Source: Gemmatimonas sp. (GTDB taxonomy: Bacteria; Gemmatimonadota; Gemmatimonadetes; Gemmatimonadales; Gemmatimonadaceae). From it: 64,000 nt of DNA. Below, in pieces: positions 1-10,845 of this stretch. The notes under the pieces were generated by a model. The model was given only the letters and a program-made list of their open reading frames with translations, searched no databases and was not told where the DNA came from. Positions within the stretch are counted from its first letter, which is position 1, and each line of letters starts with the position of its first letter. The DNA lies in assembly GCA_965279375.1 (NCBI GenBank), contig OZ257156.1:4064001-4128000 (forward strand), written 5' to 3'. Position numbers and translations under genes: made by a program.

Positions 1-261
1 GGGATCCAGCACACTGCGGCGCACATCGATTTGCGCGGCGAGATGGCAGATGACATCGAACTTGCCCTCGCGTACGAGCGTCGCCGCATCGGGTGTGGTG
101 ATGTCACCGCGTACGAACCGTGCGCCCGGGGTGAGGTTCTCTTCGCGGCCGCTCGAGAGATCGTCGAGCACAGTGACCTGCCAGCCTTCGGCCGAGAACC
201 GATCTGCCACGTGCGAGCCAATGAAGCCCGCGCCACCCGTCACCAGCACCGTCTTCGCCAT
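1..261 (-). CDS. NAD-dependent epimerase/dehydratase (UDP-glucose 4-epimerase-like), N-terminal part; runs off window start
   Basis: Manual translation from ATG at 261: MAKTVLVTGGAGFIGSHVADRF...DVICHLAAQIDVRRSVLDP; extended-SDR TGGAGFIG motif. Not in the ORF track. Confidence 0.9.
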   Translation of the reverse strand, partial: MAKTVLVTGGAGFIGSHVADRFSAEGWQVTVLDDLSSGREENLTPGARFVRGDITTPDAATLVREGKFDVICHLAAQIDVRRSVLDP

Positions 262-341
262 GCCGACACATCCTCGCGAAATGGAAATTGCTGTGCGTGT
301 CGGCCCGTGCGCTTCTTGGCGACACGCGTGATCCAATGTAC

Positions 342-382
342 ACGCGCGCCTGCGACAATGTGGTCGCGGGCGCGCGTTTTTT
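342..382 (+). terminator. Intrinsic-terminator-like hairpin with T-run on + strand
   Basis: ACGCGCGCCTGCGAC-AATGTG-GTCGCGGGCGCGCGT followed by TTTTT. Confidence 0.6.
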
Positions 383-466
383 CATCAACGATTTGCGGGG
401 CCGGCGGTCACCGGCGCGCACGCATCAGGCGCGCGCGTTCTCGTTCGACGCCGAGCGGCGCTCCAA

Positions 467-2134
467 TCAGGGCACCCGGGCGACTCGCCGCGCGGCCACA
501 CCCACGACGATATCTGAGCGCTCCTGCCGGACGACGATGCCCGTGCTCTCAGTCTGGCCGACGCGCACGATCCGAACACGCGCGATGCGCTCATCCCCCG
601 TGTTGCCTGCGCCGCGCGGCGTGTGCAGCTCGAACTCATCGCCCGCCTGCACCCCTTGGGCCCGCCCGGCACCGAGCAGCAGATAGCTCTGCAGCGTAGG
701 AAGCGACTCCGAGGTGTCAAGCCAGCGCACCGTCGTCTCGACATCGCTGGTGGCACTGGCGGCCGCCTTCACGGACGGCGCCATGGCGCTTCCCTCGACG
801 GGCAGCAGCAGCTGCCCCTGCTCGATGTTCCCCGTCTGCTTCTGCACGAGCGCGTGCAGCGGCTTGCCCGGTGCCGTCGGGAGGATCTGCAGAATGCCAG
901 TCGGAACGACGACGACGGGTCCCTTCTTCTTCGAGGCCGGCGCGATTTCACTGAGCACGACGAGGCGATCGCCGGCCGCCAGCGTGAGTCCGGCCGGTGC
1001 GGTGATCTCGACTTCGTCGGCCAGTGTGACACGCTGCTGCGATTCGATCAGGGCGCCGGTCGGCGCACCGACGCGATGGCGGACTCGGCCGCCCTTGGCG
1101 ATGGCGCTCTGTTCCAGCGAGAAGGGGGCAGCCTCATACTCGCCACGACGCGGCGCCGGCTTGTCCGCATACGACAGCGCTCGGGCCTGCGCGTCCACTT
1201 CGGCGGCCTCCGGTACGTGGCGCAGGAATACGGTGGCGGCCTCCTTGGGGCTGCGAGCGGCGTCGAGGTCGTCGCGGTCGACGAGTCCAATGCGAGTGGC
1301 CTTCCGCGTCATGAGCGTTTCGCTCTGGCGGCTGACGCGCGTCCCGAAGGTACGGCCGGAGTCCTGAGCGGCATCCCGAGTCGAGGCGTCGCTCGACGGG
1401 CTGTCACTCTTGGCGGCGGGCGTCGGAGCGACAGCAATGACGGCGGCCTTGGGAGCGGGCGCGGATGCGACGGCTTCGCGGCGCGCTGCGCCGTAGGCGA
1501 CCTTGTTGTTCGCAGCGCGCGGAGCGCGCGCGCTGGACGGGGCGGGTGCGGCGTCTCCCTTGTCGGCGGTCTGGGCGGAGAGCGTCGAACCCGCCGGCGC
1601 CGTCGTGGCTGGTGCAGGCGCTGCCGCCGGAGTCGCCGCGGGCGCGCTGCTGGCGGTCGGGCTGGTCGGTGCGACGGCGGCGGCGCGGACGTAAGCCGGC
1701 ACCGAATCGTCGGACTTGGCTGACTTGGCGGCCGTTGCCTTGGCTACGCGTGCGGCGGGGGCCTTGGCGGGCACCTTGAGCTTCATGCCAACCAGAAGAA
1801 TCTTGCCTTTCGCCGGCGTAAGGGCGTTGCGCCGAGCGAGTTCCTGCCACTGATGTCCGTCGCCGTAGTAGCGCTCTGCGAGTCCCCACAGCGACTCGCC
1901 GGCTTTGACCACATGCGCGGCGGAGCCGGAGTCAGTCTGCGCGGGTGCGACGTGCGCAGCCGCGTCCGTCGAGGGCGCGCCGTGCGCGGGAGCGCTTTGC
2001 GCGTGCACCACCGTCGGCCGCCAAACAAGCAGCAGTGCGAACGTGGCGAGAACGGCGAGCGCGAGTTTGCCCATGGCGGCGCGGGCAGTAGCTGCTGAAA
2101 CGACGGACGGGTGCGCAAGTGTTGCAGCGCGCAT
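467..2134 (-). CDS. Secreted LysM peptidoglycan-binding protein with Ala/Pro-rich linker and beta-rich C-terminal domain
   Basis: Signal-like LALAVLATFALLLVW...VHAQ; LysM HVVKAGESLWGLAERYYGDGHQWQELARRN...GMKLKVP; GAGG upstream of ATG 2134 (start uncertain). Confidence 0.8.
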   Translation of the reverse strand: MRAATLAHPSVVSAATARAAMGKLALAVLATFALLLVWRPTVVHAQSAPAHGAPSTDAAAHVAPAQTDSGSAAHVVKAGESLWGLAERYYGDGHQWQELARRNALTPAKGKILLVGMKLKVPAKAPAARVAKATAAKSAKSDDSVPAYVRAAAVAPTSPTASSAPAATPAAAPAPATTAPAGSTLSAQTADKGDAAPAPSSARAPRAANNKVAYGAARREAVASAPAPKAAVIAVAPTPAAKSDSPSSDASTRDAAQDSGRTFGTRVSRQSETLMTRKATRIGLVDRDDLDAARSPKEAATVFLRHVPEAAEVDAQARALSYADKPAPRRGEYEAAPFSLEQSAIAKGGRVRHRVGAPTGALIESQQRVTLADEVEITAPAGLTLAAGDRLVVLSEIAPASKKKGPVVVVPTGILQILPTAPGKPLHALVQKQTGNIEQGQLLLPVEGSAMAPSVKAAASATSDVETTVRWLDTSESLPTLQSYLLLGAGRAQGVQAGDEFELHTPRGAGNTGDERIARVRIVRVGQTESTGIVVRQERSDIVVGVAARRVARVP

Positions 2135-2349
2135 CGGCGATGCCTCGAAGTAGGAGAGCGACGCGCCACCGAACGCGGGGCGCAGGCTGGGCGGCTCCGA
2201 GACGGCTGGGAGCATCCCAACGGGAGACGCATGCCGAGCACGCACGTAACGTGTGCGGCATCACGTGGCGGGCGCTTCGCATTACAGCCGGCACTTGAGC
2301 CGAGTCCGTCGACAATCACATTGGCGGGCGTTCCCGCGAGAGCCCGCGG

Positions 2350-2382
2350 GTCGTACGCCGACGAATGCGTTCGGCGTACGAC
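2350..2382. terminator. Perfect 12-bp hairpin downstream of ssb
   Basis: GTCGTACGCCGA-N9-TCGGCGTACGAC; no U-tract. Confidence 0.5.
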
Positions 2383-2403
2383 TGGGGTTACCTAACCTGG
2401 AGC

Positions 2404-2898
2404 TTAGAACGGCAGATCGTCGTCTTCGTCTTCCAGCGCACCGGGGAAGTCGCTGAAATCGTCGCCGCCGGCCGCGGCTGCGGCCGCAGGTTTGGCGCGG
2501 GGAGGTGCGGACCGGCGCGGCGCGCTGTCCATCTCGTCTCCACCGCCGCCGGCGCGACCGCCCAGCAGCATGAGCTCACGCACCTTGATCTCGGTGGTGT
2601 AGCGGGTCTGGCCTTCCTTGTCCTGCCACTGGCGGTACTCGATCTCTCCTTCGACGTACACGCGCTCGCCTTTCTTGACGTACTTCTCGACCACGTCGGC
2701 CAGCGAGCCGGCCTTGTTGTTCCAGACCACGCAGCGATGCCACTCGGTCTTTTCCTGCTTGGCGCCGCTGGCGTCGTTCCAGACGCGACCAGTGGCGAGC
2801 GAAAACTGCGCCACGCGTCCGCCGTTGCCGACGGCGCGGACTTCGGGATCACTCCCGACGTTGCCAATCAAAATGGCCTTGTTCAGGCTGCGACTCAT
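2404..2898 (-). CDS. ssb: Single-stranded DNA-binding protein
   Basis: MSRSLNKAILIGNVGSDPEVR...TEWHR...VEG; acidic C-terminal DDDLPF; AAGGAG RBS. Confidence 0.97.
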   Translation of the reverse strand: MSRSLNKAILIGNVGSDPEVRAVGNGGRVAQFSLATGRVWNDASGAKQEKTEWHRCVVWNNKAGSLADVVEKYVKKGERVYVEGEIEYRQWQDKEGQTRYTTEIKVRELMLLGGRAGGGGDEMDSAPRRSAPPRAKPAAAAAAGGDDFSDFPGALEDEDDDLPF

Positions 2899-3020
2899 GG
2901 GGTCTCCTTGCTGGGCGGAAGTAATTCGGTTGCAGGGGAAGGTAGGACCCGCGAGAGCCCCGAACAAACCCTTGTATTTCGCGCGGTAGCGTTTCCTTGC
3001 CCGCGGCAGTTTGCGCCCGA

Positions 3021-3488
3021 TCAGGGGGTCGGCGCGAGGTCGCGACGCATGACCAACGCGTCTTCGAGGGGATCCCGGTAGTAGGCCCGTCGCCGACCGA
3101 CCGGGACGAATCCGCGGGAGGCGTAGAGTCCGCGCGCGGCGTCGTTTGAGGTGCGCACCTCGAGAAAGAGCTGCGCGATGCCGTCCATCACCGATGCGGT
3201 GATCGCATCGTCCAGCAAAATGCCGCCGACTCCGGCACCTCGCACCGTGGGTTGCACGGCGATGTTTGCAATCTCTCCCTCATCGGCGGCGTGTATGCGC
3301 ACGCAGTATCCAACAAGGTGCTCCGTCTGACGGTCGGTCGCCACCATCACGCGCGCATGCGCCGCGTTGATCAACTCCGTGAACGCCGACTCGGGCCACG
3401 GGTCGGAGAACGCAGCCAGCTCGATGGTCGCCATCGCCGGGGCGTCGGCAGCGACCGCCAGCCGCAGCGCCACTTCGTCGGGTGCCAT
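3021..3488 (-). CDS. rimI: Ribosomal-protein-alanine N-acetyltransferase (GNAT)
   Basis: EIANIAV...RGAGVG, LFLEVRTSN..ARGLY...GF...GRRRAYY...EDALVM; next to tsaB. Confidence 0.9.
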   Translation of the reverse strand: MAPDEVALRLAVAADAPAMATIELAAFSDPWPESAFTELINAAHARVMVATDRQTEHLVGYCVRIHAADEGEIANIAVQPTVRGAGVGGILLDDAITASVMDGIAQLFLEVRTSNDAARGLYASRGFVPVGRRRAYYRDPLEDALVMRRDLAPTP

Positions 3489-3511
3489 CGCCTTCGCCTG
3501 CTTGCGCACGA

Positions 3512-4189
3512 TCAGGAAACCGGCAGGGCGCGTCCGTGCGCGTCTTCCCACTTCACTTGCGCTTCCGCGAGCCGGCCGTAGTCCGGCTCCCACGCATTCA
3601 GGTCCACGGGACCCGCATCTTCCCAGTCCACGCACCGGACGAGGCGTGCCGCGTCGGGCTCGACGATGCGGTACTCCAGCGTCGACTCCGGCGACGCGAT
3701 CACAGCAATGCGCCGCCGACCCACCGACTCGGCGGCCAGCGACTCCATCGCGATCCGCCGCACTGCGCCTTCGCCGTGCACTCGTCCGGCCTCGTCGATG
3801 CGCACGTTCAGCGCGAAGCGTTCGGCTCGCAGAGCGTCCGCGTGCACCAGGTACAGCCCGGGCTCGTCGCTCGCGGCTGCGGCCAGAAGCAACGACGACA
3901 CGGCGTAGAGCGGCGCGCCATTCGCGAATGCGATCCCCTTGGCAAACGCCCCCGCGATGCGAAGCGATGTGAAGCTGCCCGGACCTGCGCCGCAGACGAC
4001 GGCGCGTAGATCGCGCGCGACCAGCCCCGCCTGCAGCAACAGCGCATCCACGGCGGGGGTCAGCGCGTCGTCTCGCGTCGCGCCCATGGCCACGTCGGCT
4101 CTCGCGACGACTTGGCCATCGACCAGGAGAGCCGCAGAGCCCGAAGGCGTCGCGGCTTCAACGACGAGCAGAGGTGAGGGCGTGTGCAC
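3512..4189 (-). CDS. tsaB: tRNA t6A biosynthesis protein TsaB
   Basis: LLVVEAATPSGS...GAGPGSFTSLRIA...AKGIA, EPDY; GTG start inferred. Confidence 0.88.
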   Translation of the reverse strand: MHTPSPLLVVEAATPSGSAALLVDGQVVARADVAMGATRDDALTPAVDALLLQAGLVARDLRAVVCGAGPGSFTSLRIAGAFAKGIAFANGAPLYAVSSLLLAAAASDEPGLYLVHADALRAERFALNVRIDEAGRVHGEGAVRRIAMESLAAESVGRRRIAVIASPESTLEYRIVEPDAARLVRCVDWEDAGPVDLNAWEPDYGRLAEAQVKWEDAHGRALPVS

Positions 4190-4241
4190 CCGAGGAGAAT
4201 TCGCTTTGCCACGCGTCGAATCAAGGGCCGAGCGAACTTCC

Positions 4242-5708
4242 TTACGCGACGTGCACGCGCAGCAGCGACGGACGTGACTGTGCGCGCAGGATGTCGAAGG
4301 TTTCATCCCCCTTCGAGGCGAGCAGCGCAAACGTGCCCTGCTCCGCCAGCGCCGCCGTCGCGTCCAGCACGGTGGGGTCGAACGCCGTGCCGCGATCGCC
4401 AGCCATGATCTCGAGCACCTTGGGCACCGCTAGCCCGTCTCGATACGGACGGTCCGCCGTCAACGCCTCGTACACATCCGAGGCCGCCAGCACGCGCGAC
4501 ATGAAGTCGAGGTCGTGAGCACCGATGCCCCACGGATACCCGCGCCCGTCGATGCGCTCGTGATGCCGCGCGGAGGAGGGCGCGAAATGCGCGAAGACGT
4601 CCACACGCTCGAGAATCTGCAGCGTCCAGAGGGGATGCTTTTTCACCTCGTCACGCTCTTCGTCCGTCAATCGGCCGGGCTTGTCGAGAATACGATTCGA
4701 CACACCCAACTTCCCGATGTCGTGCAGCAGGCCGGCGCGCAGCATGTCGCGCGCCAGCTCGGTGTCGGCGCCCATGGCCGTGGCAATACCGACGGCGTAG
4801 CGTGCCACGTTGGTGGAGTGTCGATACGTGAACGGCGTCTTGGCGTCGATCACGGCGGCAAACGCATACGCGATGGCATCCAATCGATCGTCGGTGGCGA
4901 CCAGCGGCTCCGCACCAGGTTCCAGGGCGATCACTGCGTCATCCAGCGCACTGAAATCGGCGAGCTGCTCCCACCACGCGGTATCGCGCTTCCAGCTCTG
5001 GACGATGTCCACCATGCTCGGGTCGAACCAGCGACCGCGCCGTCGCTTCGCCATCTCCAACGCCGCCGCGATCCCGTTCTCCATCCAATACGCCTCGACG
5101 GTCTGCGCCAACAGCAAGACGCGCGAGAGCACGGGGATTTCGTCACCCGAGAGACCGACGGGATGACCGACTCCGCACCAATGCTCATCCACGTGTCCGA
5201 TCGCTTCTGATGTCGCCGGCGGGAAGCCTAGAGCGACGGCAATCTGCGCGCCGCGTTCACAGCGCGCCTGGATGATCTCGCGCGTCATCTCCGGCGTGCC
5301 GGCGATGCGCAGGAAATGCTGAATGCGCGCGATGGGATTCCGGCCGACGCCACAGTTGCGTGCGGTCCGCATCGCCAGTCGCCACTTGTCGTGCCAATCG
5401 ACCAGACGCATCTCGCGCTTTACCGACTGGTCGTCGGATCCGAACAGCGATGCCATGCGCGCGGCGTTGCTGGAGCAGCCGGAGTCCTTGAGCAGGGCCG
5501 CGTAGTACAGCGCGCCGAGCATGTCTTGATCGAGCCCGTACTCGCGGCCGATGCGCATGGCGATCAACGCGGAGCGCAGCGTGTGCCCGGGGCGCTGTCC
5601 CTCGGTCAGGTCGAGTGCGTACGTCAGCGCCGAAATTACCTCGGCCAGACGCACCGTCGTGGCGCGCGGGGCGCGGAACTCTCGAGAAGACGTGTGAAAA
5701 ACTGGCAT
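4242..5708 (-). CDS. Tandem HD-GYP cyclic-dinucleotide phosphodiesterase (degenerate N-terminal, intact C-terminal domain)
   Basis: C-terminal LLHDIGK, HHERIDGRGYP, DVYEALTADRPYR; N-terminal LLKDSG, HVDEHWCGVGHP. Confidence 0.9.
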   Translation of the reverse strand: MPVFHTSSREFRAPRATTVRLAEVISALTYALDLTEGQRPGHTLRSALIAMRIGREYGLDQDMLGALYYAALLKDSGCSSNAARMASLFGSDDQSVKREMRLVDWHDKWRLAMRTARNCGVGRNPIARIQHFLRIAGTPEMTREIIQARCERGAQIAVALGFPPATSEAIGHVDEHWCGVGHPVGLSGDEIPVLSRVLLLAQTVEAYWMENGIAAALEMAKRRRGRWFDPSMVDIVQSWKRDTAWWEQLADFSALDDAVIALEPGAEPLVATDDRLDAIAYAFAAVIDAKTPFTYRHSTNVARYAVGIATAMGADTELARDMLRAGLLHDIGKLGVSNRILDKPGRLTDEERDEVKKHPLWTLQILERVDVFAHFAPSSARHHERIDGRGYPWGIGAHDLDFMSRVLAASDVYEALTADRPYRDGLAVPKVLEIMAGDRGTAFDPTVLDATAALAEQGTFALLASKGDETFDILRAQSRPSLLRVHVA

Positions 5709-5848
5709 GACGCGACGGGTTGTGAACGCTCTGCGGCGGCCTACCGCACCACGAGAGACGACGGTGGAACGTCTCTGTCACAATCGACGCGCGTCTCGCG
5801 CAGGCGCATCATGCGCGGGCGCGTCACGCCTTGGCGAGCGGACGACCG

Positions 5849-6331
5849 TCAGCGCAGCAACGGCGCGTTAATGCGGAGCAGTCGACGCGCCGGGTCCGCC
5901 GGATCGTGCGTCAGCGTGATGGCGATGGTGTCGCGCGGCAGCGTGGAGGCCGCGCGCTCGGGCCATTCCACCAGCAGTACGTTGGCCGTGGCCACGAGTT
6001 CGTCCCATCCCAACGCCTCGAGCTCCGCATCACTACGCAGGCGATACAGGTCCACATGCGTGACCGCGCCACGCGGTGCGGGATACTGCTGTACCAGCGA
6101 AAACGTAGGACTCGTCACCTCGCTCAAGTCCGTCACGCCAAGTCCGGCGCACAGCGAGCGCGCGAGCGTCGTCTTGCCGGCCCCCAGATCGCCGGAAAGC
6201 GTGATGACACAAGGCCGCGGCAACGCGGCTCCCACGGCGCGTCCCCACGTTTCCAGCGTATCGCGATCGGGCGCGCGGGGGGCGCCTCGGTCCAGCAGCT
6301 GCGCGAGCGAGGGCGACTGATTGGCCGGCAC
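5849..6331 (-). CDS. tsaE: tRNA t6A biosynthesis ATPase TsaE
   Basis: LSGDLGAGKTT, VTSPTFSLVQQY, HVDLYRL, VEWPE. Confidence 0.95.
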   Translation of the reverse strand: MPANQSPSLAQLLDRGAPRAPDRDTLETWGRAVGAALPRPCVITLSGDLGAGKTTLARSLCAGLGVTDLSEVTSPTFSLVQQYPAPRGAVTHVDLYRLRSDAELEALGWDELVATANVLLVEWPERAASTLPRDTIAITLTHDPADPARRLLRINAPLLR

Positions 6332-8455
<2,124 letters not shown>

Positions 8456-8541
8456 GACCAATAATATACGCGAGGGGCTCGGCTTTTGTTCGGTTTCGTG
8501 CTTTTGTGACAGGGATCTGACCGAGACGGGCGACGGCCGAT

Positions 8542-8569
8542 TCAAGAATTGGGCCTGAGGCGCCGATCA
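8542..8569 (+). promoter_or_regulatory. Sigma-28 (FliA)-type promoter for the chemoreceptor gene
   Basis: TCAAGAAT-N12-GCCGATCA, close to the TAAAGTTT-N11-GCCGATAA consensus, ~225 nt upstream of the MCP start. Confidence 0.7.
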
Positions 8570-8793
8570 CAGATGGGGGCGGTCTGCTGAGCCCTACCTG
8601 TTCGTTGCGATGCAGCAGCGATTGGTCCGAGTGATCTCCTCGGAGACTCGATGCGCTTGTTCAAAATGGAAGTTATGCCGGCCCCACGGTCGTGCGCGTC
8701 AGTGTCTCTCGGGACGACGGTCGCTTACGCACTCTCGTGGAACGCGGCCCCGCAGACACAATCGTGTGCGGCGCGACGCGACGGTCAACGCTG

Positions 8794-10839
8794 ATGAAAT
8801 TTCAATGGACGCTGGGGCGGACTTTGCTTGGCTTGGCCGCTCTCGGCACGATCGGGACGCTCGTGGTTGCGGCGGTGGGTGGATTTGGACTGAACGGGTC
8901 GCGGATCGGGCTCAATGACCTGACCGTCAGCGCGCACGCGCAGCGCCTCCAGATGGATGCGGACATGATGCATGACGCGGTGCACGGCGACGTGCTCACC
9001 GCGGTGCTAGGCGTGGTCAAGAACGATCCCGCCATGGTCAAGGAAGCGCGAGACGGCTTCGAGGAACACGCGGATCGATTCCGTAAGGGGCTCGCCGAAG
9101 CACGCGAGATCACCTCCGGCGACCTGCGCGTGCGCATCGACTCCCTCAAAGCGCCCGTTGAGTCCTACCTGGTCGCCGGTTCCGGCGTGATGACGGCGGC
9201 ACTCGCGGGCGACACTAGCGCACTCTCAACGAGCAGCGCGGAGTTCAAGCGCTATTTCAGCTCGCTCGAAACCGATATGGAGAAGTTCGGGGATGCGATC
9301 GCCGAGAATGCGGCGCGCACCAACGCCGCGAACGATTCGCGTTTCACGTTGCTCGCGAGCGTGCTGTTGGGCGTGACGCTGTTGACCGCGGCGCTTGTCT
9401 TCTTCGTCGGGCAGCGGGTTGGTCGACGCATCGGCACATCCACGCGCGAACTGGTCGCGTCCGTTGAACATCTGCAGTCGAACGCTGTCGGCGCGCTGGG
9501 CGACGCGATGACACGCCTGGCTTCCGGCGACGTCCGCGATGACGTCCGCGCCGTGGCCTCGCCGGTTGCGGTCACAGGCAACGACGAACTCACGGATCTG
9601 GCCAAGGCGATCAATTCCATCGGCGCACGCACTATCGACACGGTGACGGCGCACGGTCAGGCAATGCATACGCTCCGCGCCATGCTCGCCGAAACGCAGC
9701 GCGTGGTCAACGCAGCACGACGTGGCGACCTGGCAGTGCAGGCAGCGGACAAAACGTTTCCGGGCGCGTACGGCGAACTGCTGCACGGCTTCAACGAAGC
9801 GCAGTCCGCCATGCGCAAGCCAGTCGAAGGCGCTTTGGAAGTGCTGGAAATGGCGGCCGACCACAACCTCTCTCGTCGCGTGTCCGGCGCCTACCTGGGC
9901 GACCATGCGCGACTCGCCAACGCGGTCAACCTCGCGATCGGCAACATCGCCACGGCGCTGCACGAGGTCGAAGTCGCCGCCGAGCAGATTGCAGGCGCGT
10001 CACACGAAGTGGCCGACGGCAGTCAGTCGCTGGCTGACGGCGCATCGTCGCAAGCCGCGTCGGTCGAGGAAATCACCGCGGCGGTTCAGGAGCAGGCGTC
10101 TGTCACTGCCCGTACCGCTGGACGCGCGCAGGAAGCGCGTGTTCTCACCGTGCAGGTCAGCGAGCGGATTCGCAGTGGCGCCACAGCTATGCGCGAACTG
10201 GACGTGGCCATGGAGCGCATGACGGATTCCGCCAAGAAGACAGCGCAGATCGTCAAGCGCATCGACGAAATCGCGTTCCAGACGAATCTGCTGGCGCTCA
10301 ACGCCGCCGTGGAAGCGGCGCGTGCCGGTGATGCGGGACGTGGCTTCGCGGTTGTTGCCGATGAAGTGCGGCAGTTGGCCATTCGCGCAGCGGAAGCCGC
10401 CCACGAGACGTCAATGCTGATCGAAGAGACCGTGATCACGACGCAGGAAAGCACGGATCTCACACGGCAGGTCGGCACGCATCTCGGCTCGGTAGAATCG
10501 GATGTGGCGCGCGTCGCAACGGTCGTCTCGGACATTGCCGCCGACTGCACACTCCAGCGTGATCAGATCAACGAAGTGTCGCGCGCCGTGGAGCAAGTCA
10601 GTCAGCTCACGCAGCGTGCCGCGGCCAACGCCGAGGAATCGGCGAGCGCATCGGAAGAGCTGAACGCACAGGCCTCCACGATGCGCGACCTGGTGCAGCA
10701 GTTCCAGGTGGACGCTGGATCAGGCGAGGCACGACAGCTGGCACGACGCGACCCACGTCGTCGGCCCCCACAGCACATCATCGACCAGCGCGCACCAGAC
10801 CCGTTGGACGAGAAGTGGGCGACGATCGTCAGCGTATAA
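8794..10839 (+). CDS. Methyl-accepting chemotaxis protein
   Basis: Two TM segments, periplasmic helical sensor, HAMP-like repeats, signalling hairpin [34 protein letters not shown]. Confidence 0.95.
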   Translation: MKFQWTLGRTLLGLAALGTIGTLVVAAVGGFGLNGSRIGLNDLTVSAHAQRLQMDADMMHDAVHGDVLTAVLGVVKNDPAMVKEARDGFEEHADRFRKGLAEAREITSGDLRVRIDSLKAPVESYLVAGSGVMTAALAGDTSALSTSSAEFKRYFSSLETDMEKFGDAIAENAARTNAANDSRFTLLASVLLGVTLLTAALVFFVGQRVGRRIGTSTRELVASVEHLQSNAVGALGDAMTRLASGDVRDDVRAVASPVAVTGNDELTDLAKAINSIGARTIDTVTAHGQAMHTLRAMLAETQRVVNAARRGDLAVQAADKTFPGAYGELLHGFNEAQSAMRKPVEGALEVLEMAADHNLSRRVSGAYLGDHARLANAVNLAIGNIATALHEVEVAAEQIAGASHEVADGSQSLADGASSQAASVEEITAAVQEQASVTARTAGRAQEARVLTVQVSERIRSGATAMRELDVAMERMTDSAKKTAQIVKRIDEIAFQTNLLALNAAVEAARAGDAGRGFAVVADEVRQLAIRAAEAAHETSMLIEETVITTQESTDLTRQVGTHLGSVESDVARVATVVSDIAADCTLQRDQINEVSRAVEQVSQLTQRAAANAEESASASEELNAQASTMRDLVQQFQVDAGSGEARQLARRDPRRRPPQHIIDQRAPDPLDEKWATIVSV

Positions 10840-10845
10840 TCGCGT

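Noticed and set aside
1400..1780. Repeat-like GC-rich low-complexity tract (also 44560-44700)
   Set aside because: Encodes Ala/Pro linkers of the LysM protein and E2; not DNA repeats
5709..5848. c-di-GMP riboswitch upstream of the HD-GYP gene
   Set aside because: Only short hairpins; no class I or II consensus recognised
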